From Desulfohalobiaceae bacterium (GTDB lineage Bacteria; Desulfobacterota; Desulfovibrionia; Desulfovibrionales; Desulfothermaceae): a DNA stretch of 24,000 nucleotides. The DNA is taken from positions 16,333 through 40,332 of the forward strand of contig JAIPEP010000009.1 of assembly GCA_021737085.1 (NCBI GenBank), in the 5' to 3' direction. Positions 7,993 through 15,314 of this stretch are shown here, piece by piece; position 1 is the first letter of the stretch, and each line of letters starts with the position of its first letter. The translations under genes and the position numbers were made by a program. The notes below the pieces were generated by a model that was not told the origin of the DNA, did not search any database, and worked only from the letters and a program-made list of their open reading frames with translations.

Positions 7993-9045
7993 ATGCTGCG
8001 ATATATAATTCGCGAGCTCCTGAGGCACCGTCTGGGGCTCATCTGCCTGATCATCCTGACGGTCCTGTATGCCGCCACGATCCTCTCCCAGTTCTTGGCC
8101 CCCTATCTGCCCACGGACCAGGACCTGAAGCACGCCTACCATCCGCCCACGAAAATCGTTCTCCAGGATTGGTGGCCCCATGTCCAGGTCTATGAGCGGG
8201 TGGATCCCTCGGCGGCCCGTTACGAACCGGTGGCTGGCGAGACCGTGCCCCTTCGTTTTTTCGCTCCTGGGGAGGAATACAGCTTTCTGGGCCTGTTCCC
8301 CACAAACACGCACCTCTTCGGCGTTGACGAGCCGCATCGTGTCTATCTCCTGGGAAGCGACGCCACCGGGCGCGACGTGTTCTCCCGCCTGCTGTACGGG
8401 GCCCAGGTGTCCCTGAGCATCGGTTTCATCGGCATCCTGGTCACCATGAGCCTGGGTTTTGCCGTGGGAAGCGCCGCGGGGTACTTCGGCCGCTATGTGG
8501 ACTTTCTGGCCATGCGGCTGGTGGAGTTCGTCATCGCCATCCCTTCGCTCTATCTGCTTATAGCTCTGCGCGGGGCGTTAGCGGAATACTTCGATCCGGA
8601 ACAGATGTATCTGCTCATCGTGCTCATCCTCTCCCTCATAGGCTGGGCCGGTGCGGCCCGGATTATCCGGGGAATGGCCCTTTCTCTGCGGGAGAGGCCC
8701 TTCGTGCTTGCCGCGGAGGTCATGGGCCAGAAGAGCGGCAGGATCCTCATGCGGCACTTTCTGCCCAACCTGGCCAGCTATCTCCTGGTGGCGGCCACGC
8801 TGAGCATCCCGGTCTACATCCTGGCCGAGGCCTCCCTTAGTTTCCTGGGCCTGGGCATCCAGGAGCCGGGCACCTCCTGGGGTCTCATGCTCAAGCAGGC
8901 CCAGGAGCTCAAGGTTTTCACCCTGGGGCTGTGGTGGCTGCTGACACCCGGAGCGGCGATCTTTGTCACGGTGATCACCTTCAACATGCTCGGAGACGTG
9001 CTGCGGGACATCGTGGATCCTAGGCACCAGATGGGGGAAGATTGA
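7993..9045 (+). CDS. ABC transporter permease (DppC/OppC-like)
   Basis: In-frame ATG at 7993 (MLRYIIRELLRHRLG...) lies 4 nt after the upstream stop. The ORF extension back to 7882 overlaps the previous gene and looks non-coding. Motif VLAAEVMGQKSGRILMRHFLPNL. Confidence 0.88.
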   Translation: MLRYIIRELLRHRLGLICLIILTVLYAATILSQFLAPYLPTDQDLKHAYHPPTKIVLQDWWPHVQVYERVDPSAARYEPVAGETVPLRFFAPGEEYSFLGLFPTNTHLFGVDEPHRVYLLGSDATGRDVFSRLLYGAQVSLSIGFIGILVTMSLGFAVGSAAGYFGRYVDFLAMRLVEFVIAIPSLYLLIALRGALAEYFDPEQMYLLIVLILSLIGWAGAARIIRGMALSLRERPFVLAAEVMGQKSGRILMRHFLPNLASYLLVAATLSIPVYILAEASLSFLGLGIQEPGTSWGLMLKQAQELKVFTLGLWWLLTPGAAIFVTVITFNMLGDVLRDIVDPRHQMGED

Positions 9046-9073
9046 ACGCCAAGGCGCCGAAGGTCTTTTTTTA

Positions 9074-9328
9074 CTCACCGCAGAGGCGCAGAGAGCGCTG
9101 AGGAAGCGCCGAGAAAGAATTTTTTTGCTTTGCGCTGAGAGGCCGCAAAGCAAAAAGGGCTCAGCCCTTGGGGAAGCGCCAATTCTTCTATGATAGTGCG
9201 CAATAAGTGAACACTGAACTGACTTGCCAGCAGGGCGGAGTCCTTTGATCCTTTGCCCCGTCTCAGGGCAAAGGATCAAGATGAACTCTCCGTGTCTTAC
9301 TCCGCGTTCTCCGCGCCTCCGCGGTGGG
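9074..9328. repeat. Structured intercistronic repeat, copy B
   Basis: Left end CTCACCGCAGAG (9074-9085). Right end CTCCGCGGTGGG (9317-9328) has 2 mismatches to the copy A terminus. The 43-nt core at 9121-9163 is identical to 6777-6819. Hairpins at 9122-9134/9144-9156 and 9245-9258/9266-9279. About 60 nt of extra sequence (about 9171-9230) relative to copy A. Confidence 0.8.
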
Positions 9329-9374
9329 CTACTCTTCGCACCGCAAAGGCGCAGAGGACGCAAAAGGATATGCC

Positions 9375-10247
9375 ATGAGCACAGGCCAGAGCCTGGGGAA
9401 AAAGCAGGAAGGGCTGGGCAGTGAATTACCGCTCCTTCGCGTCGAGGACCTGTGCATCGACTTCTTCGCCCGCGGGCAGCAATTTCGAGCAGTGGACCGC
9501 GTGTCCCTGGAGCTGGAGCGGGGCAGGGTGCTGGCCCTGGTGGGGGAGAGCGGAAGCGGCAAGAGCGTGACAGGCCTGGCCCTGACCCGCCTGCTTCCGG
9601 ATCCTCCACAGTGTCGGGTTTCCGGGCGAATCATCTTTCGGGGGCACGATCTTTCCACCCTCTCCCGCAAAGCGATCCGGGCCTGGCGTGGCCGCATCGC
9701 CTACGTCTTCCAGGAGACAGGTAGCGCCCTGAATCCGGTCTTTAGCGTGGGGTATCAGATCGCGGAGGCGGTCCGGCTGCACCAGCCCGGTGTTCGTGAT
9801 GTGCGCGCCGAGGTGGTGCGAGCCTTGGAGCTAGTGGGTATGGAAAATCCACAGCAGCGGGCGGAGAGCTATCCGCACCAGCTGAGCGGTGGTATGCAGC
9901 AGCGGGCCATGATCGCCATGGCCCTGGCCTGTCGGCCGGAGCTGTTGGTGGCGGACGAGCCGACCACGGGCCTGGACGTGACCATCCAGGCCCAGATTGT
10001 AGAGCTGTTGCGCGATCTGCAGCAGAGGCTGGGCATGGCAGTTCTGCTCATCACCCACGATTTCGGGGTGGTATCCGGGTTCGCGGACCGCGTGGCGGTC
10101 ATGCGGCAGGGACAAATCGTGGAGCGCGGGGAGACTGAGCACATACTGCGCCAGCCCCGGCACCCCTACACCAGGGCCCTGATCGCCTGCATCCCCGTTC
10201 TGGGCAGCCGTCGCCGCAGACTGCCCACTATCGCCTCGGGTCAGTGA
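9375..10247 (+). CDS. ABC transporter ATP-binding protein (DppD/OppD-like)
   Basis: Walker A GESGSGKS, signature LSGGMQQR, Walker [16 protein letters not shown] at 9375 is preceded by AAAGGA (9363-9368). The ORF extension to 9324 runs into repeat B. Confidence 0.9.
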   Translation: MSTGQSLGKKQEGLGSELPLLRVEDLCIDFFARGQQFRAVDRVSLELERGRVLALVGESGSGKSVTGLALTRLLPDPPQCRVSGRIIFRGHDLSTLSRKAIRAWRGRIAYVFQETGSALNPVFSVGYQIAEAVRLHQPGVRDVRAEVVRALELVGMENPQQRAESYPHQLSGGMQQRAMIAMALACRPELLVADEPTTGLDVTIQAQIVELLRDLQQRLGMAVLLITHDFGVVSGFADRVAVMRQGQIVERGETEHILRQPRHPYTRALIACIPVLGSRRRRLPTIASGQ

Positions 10248-10323
10248 GTCGGTGAATCAGTGGGTCAGTGAGTTGATTGGTCGGGTCCGACATCCGATAT
10301 CCGATATTGTAAGGTGAAGAGTA

Positions 10324-11196
10324 ATGCATCGAAGTAAGGAATCTGCTCAAGAGGAGACGGTAGCTCAAGCGGAGGAAGTGGATCGCCTGCCTCCTCTTCC
10401 CGCCGGAGAGACGCCCCTGGTGGAGGCCGAGGGCCTCACGGTGCACTTTCCGGTCCGCGGGGGACTGTGGCGTGGCGTGCGCGGCTACGTCCGCGCGGTG
10501 GACGGGGTCTCCTTTCGAATTCGGCGGGGGACCACCGTAGGCCTGGTGGGGGAGAGCGGGAGCGGCAAGACCACTACCGGCCACTGTCTCGTCAAGCTGC
10601 TTACCCCCAACAGAGGAAGCATCCGCTATAAGGGCACGGAGATCGGCTCGCTCTCCAAGCGGGCCTTCTTTCCTTACCGCAAGCGGATCCAGATGATCTT
10701 CCAGGATCCCTTCAATTCTCTGAATCCCCGCATGAGCTTGCAGAAGATCCTCTCCGAGCCCCTGGAGATCCACTTCCCCGACATGTCCGCAAGGAGGAAG
10801 CGGGAAAGGGCGGCGGAGCTATTGGAGCTTGTCGGCCTGGAGGCGGATCATCTGCCGCGCTATCCCCATGAGTTCAGCGGAGGGCAGCGGCAGCGCATCG
10901 GCATCGCCCGCGCCCTGGCGGTGGAACCGGAGTTCATTGTCTGCGACGAGCCGGTGAGCGCTCTGGACGTCTCGGTCCAGGCCGGTATCGTCAATCTCCT
11001 GCAGGACCTGCAACAGGAGCTGGGCCTGACCTACCTCTTCATCGCCCACGATCTGGCGGTTGTGGAGCACATAAGCGACGAGGTGCTGGTGATGAAGGAC
11101 GGGGTGATCGTGGAGCGGGCCGGATCGGAGGAGATTTACCGCAATCCGGGCCATCCCTACACGATGAAGCTTCTGGAGGCCGTGCCGCGCCTGTAA
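10324..11196 (+). CDS. ABC transporter ATP-binding protein (DppF/OppF-like)
   Basis: Walker A GESGSGKT, signature FSGGQRQR, Walker [13 protein letters not shown], and the C-terminal oligopeptide-type extension ([17 protein letters not shown]). Confidence 0.9.
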   Translation: MHRSKESAQEETVAQAEEVDRLPPLPAGETPLVEAEGLTVHFPVRGGLWRGVRGYVRAVDGVSFRIRRGTTVGLVGESGSGKTTTGHCLVKLLTPNRGSIRYKGTEIGSLSKRAFFPYRKRIQMIFQDPFNSLNPRMSLQKILSEPLEIHFPDMSARRKRERAAELLELVGLEADHLPRYPHEFSGGQRQRIGIARALAVEPEFIVCDEPVSALDVSVQAGIVNLLQDLQQELGLTYLFIAHDLAVVEHISDEVLVMKDGVIVERAGSEEIYRNPGHPYTMKLLEAVPRL

Positions 11197-11248
11197 ACTG
11201 TTAGGCAAGGCCCAGCTTTTTAGTTTGGTCAGTCAGTTGACAAAAATG

Positions 11249-11277
11249 TTGAATAACGCTGCAGTTTCGGATAAAAT
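11249..11277 (+). promoter_or_regulatory. Putative sigma-70 promoter of the Mo-storage-like gene
   Basis: -35 TTGAAT (11249-11254), 17-nt spacer, -10 TAAAAT (11272-11277), in an AT-rich gap. Implies a leader of about 180 nt before the ATG at 11462. Confidence 0.35.
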
Positions 11278-11461
11278 TATATTAATCGCTGAATGAGTAA
11301 AATAACAACTGTAGCAATTATTAAGAGTGGCTTGACTTGCGGGTCCTCTCCGGAGCCGCATGCGCTGCAGGTGATCAGGGCCCTCCCTGTGTTTTCTGTT
11401 TCGTTGTGTCCGTTCCCAGGGGCGAGATGAAGAGCTGTCGAAAGAAATAACCCATGGGGAA

Positions 11462-12346
11462 ATGGTGGTTATGGCAAAGCTGGTAAAGGAAAAATCGGAA
11501 AAGGGCAGGCTGCATATTGATACGCCCATGATGGGAGAATCCCTGGTTAGCAAGGAGTTTCTGCGTCAGACCGAGTCCAGGGAATACTTCCGCATGCATC
11601 CGGATATCAATGTGCTCAAGATCGGGGGACAAAGCATAATGGATCGGGGGGGTGAGGCTATACGCCCCATCCTGGAAGTATTGAGGCAAGCGAAGGAGGA
11701 ATACAAGATACTGCTCATGACGGGAGGCGGCACCCGGGCCAGGCACGTCTATAACATCGGTGTGGATCTGGGCATGCCTACCGGGGTCTTGTCCAAGCTG
11801 GGGGACAAGGTGGCCTGGCAGAACGCGGAAATGCTTTCCGTGCTTCTTTCCAAGCACGGGGGGGTCAAAATCGACAATGGAGATAACCTGGAACAGCTGA
11901 CCATGTTCTGCCGCCTAGGCTATCTGCCCATCACTTACGGCATCCCTCCGTACGGGCTCTTTGAGCATCCTGCTGAATACGGTTCTATTCCCCCGCACAG
12001 AACGGATTGCGGAGCCTTTCTTCTGGCAGAGAACATTGGCGCCAGGCGGCTGATTTACCTTAAGGATGAGCAATGGCTCTATGAAAGCGATCCCAAAAAA
12101 ACGCCCGAGGAAGAGCGCAACAATATAAAACATTATGACCGTATTTCCGCCAGGGAACTGCAGGCCCTAGATCTGGATGACCTAATCATTGAGAGGCCGA
12201 TCGTGCATATGCTGCAGCGAGCCAAATGCATATCCGAACTACAGATTATCGACGCGCTTAACCATCCGGAACATATCCTCTCCGCTCTACAAGGGGACCA
12301 TGTAGGGACCATTATCTACAAGGACCAGGAAGAAGCCGAGGAGTAA
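11462..12346 (+). CDS. Amino-acid-kinase-fold protein resembling molybdenum storage protein subunits (MosA/MosB-like)
   Basis: VLKIGGQSIMDRGGEAI, LLMTGGGTRARHVYNIGVDLGMPTGVLSKLG, IPPHRTDCGAFLLAENIG and GDHVGTIIYK parallel remembered Azotobacter MoSto blocks (VIKIGGQSVIDRG; GTGAGTRARHLYSIAAGLGLPAGVLAQLG; PPYRTDAGCFLLAEQFG; GEHVGTII). An alternative start is ATG 11471. Confidence 0.7.
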   Translation: MVVMAKLVKEKSEKGRLHIDTPMMGESLVSKEFLRQTESREYFRMHPDINVLKIGGQSIMDRGGEAIRPILEVLRQAKEEYKILLMTGGGTRARHVYNIGVDLGMPTGVLSKLGDKVAWQNAEMLSVLLSKHGGVKIDNGDNLEQLTMFCRLGYLPITYGIPPYGLFEHPAEYGSIPPHRTDCGAFLLAENIGARRLIYLKDEQWLYESDPKKTPEEERNNIKHYDRISARELQALDLDDLIIERPIVHMLQRAKCISELQIIDALNHPEHILSALQGDHVGTIIYKDQEEAEE

Positions 12347-12349
12347 CTA

Positions 12350-12385
12350 CCGGCTTTCCCTCCTGGCAGCAGAAGGGAAAGCCGG
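12350..12385. terminator. Stem-loop between convergent genes (12-bp perfect stem)
   Basis: CCGGCTTTCCCT (12350-12361) pairs with AGGGAAAGCCGG (12374-12385) around a 12-nt loop, 3 nt after the stop. No U-tract. A second weaker stem is CTCAGGG/CCCTGAG at 12386-12417. Confidence 0.5.
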
Positions 12386-12494
12386 CTCAGGGGATTGGGC
12401 AGGAGCTCATCCCTGAGGTGCGAGCTAAAGGAAGGGGCGTCTGTGTGAACATACTTGAAGGCAGAAAGCATTCATTTCATTTTTCAGCCTGAAT

Positions 12495-12701
12495 TTAAGC
12501 ATGGATCTCTTTGCCCTTTTCAGCCTTGAGCTCAACAACCTCGGCTCCTATTTTTCCGGCCACCTGATCCACTTCCTGCCTACGGACATGATGGGCTCGG
12601 AACTGCAAATCAGCACCCGCTACAGCCACCACTCGAAATCTGGGTTTCTTTTCCCCTTTCTCCACTTTCTTACGTTCCCGGATAAAGATGATTGGGCTCA
12701 T
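12495..12701 (-). CDS. Small hypothetical protein (68 aa), weakly reminiscent of TOBE/Mop-type beta-barrel proteins
   Basis: Strong AGGAGG (complement of 12709-12714) lies 7 nt upstream of the ATG at 12701. The composition is charged and protein-like, unlike the overlapping + strand ORF. The C-terminal VDQVAGKIGAEVVELKAE loosely resembles the Mop/TOBE tail (VEELGVKEGAELTAVIKS), and the length equals that of clostridial Mop. The functional call is speculative. Confidence 0.5.
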   Translation of the reverse strand: MSPIIFIRERKKVEKGEKKPRFRVVAVAGADLQFRAHHVRRQEVDQVAGKIGAEVVELKAEKGKEIHA

Positions 12702-13041
12702 GATCGTCCTCCTGGATTAATATTTACGGAATCACCGTCCCCTCTAAACCGACACCACGGAAATTAGGATTGGCCTGCGCACAACCTGTCTGTTCCCTGG
12801 CTTTTTATGTCCTCGCTCCAGAACTATTCAATGGAATCCGCACCCACACCGCGGAACCAAGGCAGTCAGCAGGTTATTCAACTTCTGAAAATTAGTACTC
12901 GGGCCTTTGGCAAAACAACAGCTGAAAGATTGTGCCCCCTAGGAAGTCCAGTTCCTGTTTCCAGCTGGATCTTGTCCGCGTATCTTTTCGCAAGCGGTTT
13001 TTACTATAAAGAATATATATACTTTGAGGATATAGGTCAAG

Positions 13042-13413
13042 ATGGTAGATAAAGAAAATCCAAAAAATAGGCGTTCCGGTCCAGGTAAACCGGAACGCTA
13101 TATCCAGCCCTCCATCCTTTTGGCCTTGAGTGAGAGACACTCCCATGGGTACGAGCTGATCAAGACCATTCAGGAGTTTGGTTTCATTCAGGGTCAGGCA
13201 CCTCCCGGCATGGTCTATCGCCATCTGCGACAATTGGAGGAAGAGGGCCTCGTCAGCTCAACCTGGAATACGCAGGAAGGGGGCCCAGCCAAAAGGATAT
13301 ATCGGACTACTCTCGAGGGGGAGGAAGTTCTTCGGGCTTGGGTGGAATATATGAAAGGCCAGGCCGAGGCCTTGCAGAATTTCGTTCGGCGCTTTCAACA
13401 GCTGCGGGATTGA
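13042..13413 (+). CDS. PadR family transcriptional regulator
   Basis: Winged-helix PadR pattern: ILLALSERHSHGYELIKTI...GMVYRHLRQLEEEGLVSSTW......KRIYRTTLEGEEVL. Confidence 0.85.
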   Translation: MVDKENPKNRRSGPGKPERYIQPSILLALSERHSHGYELIKTIQEFGFIQGQAPPGMVYRHLRQLEEEGLVSSTWNTQEGGPAKRIYRTTLEGEEVLRAWVEYMKGQAEALQNFVRRFQQLRD

Positions 13414-13425
13414 AAGGAAGCGACA

Positions 13426-13457
13426 GGGATGCGGGGGTGTCCTAGGGCCCGCATCCC
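13426..13457. terminator. Stem-loop between convergent padR-like and TiaS-like genes (10-bp perfect GC-rich stem)
   Basis: GGGATGCGGG (13426-13435) pairs with CCCGCATCCC (13448-13457) around a 12-nt loop. No clear U-tract. Confidence 0.45.
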
Positions 13458-13516
13458 CGTGGTGGGATTGACAGAGGCAGGAAATCCTGCTGAGGAGGGC
13501 GGGATTGCCGTCCTCA

Positions 13517-14278
13517 CTAATTCGAGGCTGTTCCCCCTATCTCTGTGGTCATGGTGCCATGGGCTTTGTTGCGCTTTTGGCCCAGGGATGTCCATGAACC
13601 ATTTCTTCCCCGTAAGAGAGGCAGAACAGGCTTGTCTCCCCACAGCCTGGGACGGCACCAGTCATTGGTCTCCACTGTATCCTCCGGATCCGGCATTTCC
13701 GCATCCCTTTCTAAAGAAGTGACCAGGATATCCATCGCCGCCAAGTCCTTCACCTTCACGGTAGAGCCTATCTCGCGTAGTTTTCCGAATTCAATGAACC
13801 TCCCGTGCCATCCGGAATAGGTGAGCCCCACGCAGGCGGCTGCTCCGATAATCCCGTCGTTGGTTCCCCCGTGTCCGGAGAGATGCACCCGGGAGCCGCA
13901 CATTCGCATGGCCTCCTGCTGGCTGCTGATCCTGTTGCTGCATTTGGCGCCAAAATCGAGCAGCTCCGCAAGGCGGGGCTCATTCTCCCCTGCAGCACAG
14001 AGTCCGGGATCGCTTCCCGGCAGGGAATGGGCGAGTAAATGCTGGGTAGCCACCTGGATGAGCCTTTCCAGGATGCCCTCTGGGCCTTTGACCACCACAC
14101 AAGCGGCGCTGTTATGGGATGTATAAGGGATTCGGGAATCCCTGTTCAACTGCTGCCGGACAACCCCCCACAAGGAGCACTCCTGTGGCAGCGACCCTTC
14201 AAGCCAGCGGGCCAACTTGCCTGTACCCAGATTATCCTGTGCATTATCAGTATCGTCAATGCCGAGGTAATAGCGCAT
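13517..14278 (-). CDS. Protein resembling the N-terminal kinase (TCKD) domain of archaeal tRNA(Ile2) agmatidine synthetase TiaS
   Basis: MRYYLGIDDTDN..., RIPYTSHNSAACVVV, SDPGLCAAGE and GTNDGIIGAAACVG parallel remembered A. fulgidus TiaS blocks (MRVWVGIDDTDSS; IPYKTRGNGAVSFLV; TNPGAVFVDE; KGRGLIGALAAVG). At 253 aa it has no room for the OB-fold and zinc-ribbon tRNA-binding domains of TiaS. Confidence 0.55.
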   Translation of the reverse strand: MRYYLGIDDTDNAQDNLGTGKLARWLEGSLPQECSLWGVVRQQLNRDSRIPYTSHNSAACVVVKGPEGILERLIQVATQHLLAHSLPGSDPGLCAAGENEPRLAELLDFGAKCSNRISSQQEAMRMCGSRVHLSGHGGTNDGIIGAAACVGLTYSGWHGRFIEFGKLREIGSTVKVKDLAAMDILVTSLERDAEMPDPEDTVETNDWCRPRLWGDKPVLPLLRGRNGSWTSLGQKRNKAHGTMTTEIGGTASN

Positions 14279-14339
14279 CTTTTACCATGTCCTTTCTTTC
14301 TATAGTTCATAATCCTGATTACCTGCAGCGGAGGGTAGC

Positions 14340-14439
14340 CCCCTTTTTTCCCAAGAGGCTCAGGTTGATCAGGCCGAGCCTGGGTCTGTACGGTGGGACC
14401 TTTGTAAGAGCCGCCTCACAGCAGCCTCGGACCCCTGAT
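14340..14439 (+). pseudogene. Frameshifted remnant of the 5-prime part of a second family-5 substrate-binding-protein gene
   Basis: One frame reads PFFPQEAQVDQAEPG. After a 1-nt insertion the next frame reads LYGGTFVRAASQQPRT. Compare the intact SBP at about 4990-5100: KYPIPRDAEVSQAEPGRYGGVFVRAASQQPKTFNP. Differences are mostly synonymous. A second indel gives TAA at 14440-14442, after which similarity stops and AT-rich DNA begins. Confidence 0.6.
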
Positions 14440-14840
14440 TAAAGACCGTTTTATGGGCATTGGGATTAATGAAACTATTTGTTGTTTCCCCTGTGGTTTC
14501 AAAACCAGTGATCTATCCAAGGCCTAATGATTACGCTCCAGAGGGCGACCGGTGCACTTTTTAAAAGCTTAGTAAAAAAATGTCAAGTAAGGTCATTATA
14601 GTTTCATAAAATAAGTTTACTTGAAAATATGGTCTATTTATTACTAAGAATGACCTAAAATTACTAAGGTCTCAAAAAAGGTGTAACATTGGCGTTGGGA
14701 AGTCCACTCCTTTGGTAGCAGCGCCTAAAAGACCAGGATGATTGGCATAGTTGTCTGAGTGGGGGGTGCCTTAGAGGTGTTACTCGGCAGTAATCTTTAC
14801 TACTTTTTCTATGGGGAAAGGGAAAGCTTTTAATTAAGCA

Positions 14841-14893
14841 TTGACTTAACAAAAAAAGTAAGCTATCATTTAGTTTAGATTATTTGCTAAATG
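14841..14893 (+). promoter_or_regulatory. Putative sigma-70 promoter plus inverted repeat (candidate ArsR operator)
   Basis: -35 TTGACT (14841-14846), 17-nt spacer, -10 TATCAT (14864-14869). Inverted repeat CATTTAG (14867-14873) / CTAAATG (14887-14893) overlaps the -10 and the start region of the ArsR gene. Confidence 0.45.
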
Positions 14894-14901
14894 GATCGTC
14901 T

Positions 14902-15243
14902 ATGGCCTCAATGGAAACAATCGCCGCACTGAAGGCCCTGGCCCATGAGACCCGTTGGCGTATGATCGAGCTACTGCTGAGCCAGAGCCTTTGCGTGGGA
15001 GCCCTTGCCCGGACACTTGGGATCACCGAAGCAGCTACGTCCCAGCATTTGCAGGTCCTGCGCAAGGCAGCCCTGGTACGGGGGGAAAAGCGAGGCTACT
15101 GGACCCACTACCTGGTACAAACTGATGAGCTGAAGCGACTGGGAGAGGATCTCTGCCAGCTGCCGGAAAGGGCGGCCGGGCTCAGGGACTTGAATGCAGA
15201 GCTTTGTTCGGGATCCAGTCCAGAGGGCTCTTGTCAGGGATGA
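14902..15243 (+). CDS. ArsR/SmtB family transcriptional regulator
   Basis: LKALAHETRWRMIELLLSQSLCVGALARTLGITEAATSQHLQVLRKAALVRGEKRGYWTHY is a typical ArsR winged HTH. The ORF is open from TTG 14884. In-frame ATGs lie at 14902 and 14911. Cysteines sit in helix 2 (SLCVG) and in the C-terminal tail. Confidence 0.85.
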   Translation: MASMETIAALKALAHETRWRMIELLLSQSLCVGALARTLGITEAATSQHLQVLRKAALVRGEKRGYWTHYLVQTDELKRLGEDLCQLPERAAGLRDLNAELCSGSSPEGSCQG

Positions 15244-15314
15244 GAAGGACGGGGTGATTTTTCCAGATGAAGACTCTCACTATCTGAAGGGCCCTTGGCG
15301 GCTGACGAGTCGCT

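Noticed and set aside
10238-10307. Direct repeat GGGTCAGTGAGT (10238-10249 and 10262-10273) and tandem TCCGATA x2 (10292-10305) between the two ATPase genes.
   Set aside because: These are short, low-copy repeats in a 76-nt intercistronic gap. They are real but I see no structure or motif that would give them a function.
11284-11461. Possible Moco/Tuco riboswitch in the leader of the Mo-storage-like gene (contains CUCCGGAGCC, vaguely like the conserved CUCCGAGCC).
   Set aside because: I cannot reconstruct the conserved Moco-motif helices or the other conserved blocks from memory in this sequence. It is kept only as something to test with the Rfam model.
12495-12701. Resemblance of KKPRFRVVAVAGA to the ribosomal protein S16 N-terminus (KKRPFYRIVVADSR).
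   Set aside because: The similarity covers about 13 residues only. The rest of the sequence and the genomic context do not fit rpsP.
12501-12767. 88-aa plus-strand ORF overlapping the 68-aa minus-strand ORF.
   Set aside because: It has no RBS and an odd Phe/Leu/Ser/His-rich composition. The minus-strand ORF has a strong AGGAGG and protein-like sequence, so only that one is called.
12807-13052. 81-aa ORF in the 340-nt gap upstream of padR.
   Set aside because: It lies in low-complexity AT-rich DNA, has no RBS and runs into the padR start. It is more likely promoter or operator DNA for the divergent genes.
14440-14880. The AT-rich 440-nt segment was scanned for a tRNA/tmRNA gene, att-like repeat or small RNA.
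   Set aside because: It has no cloverleaf-compatible arms and no T-loop GTTCRANYC. Only weak hairpins are present, and only the promoter and operator near its right end could be supported.
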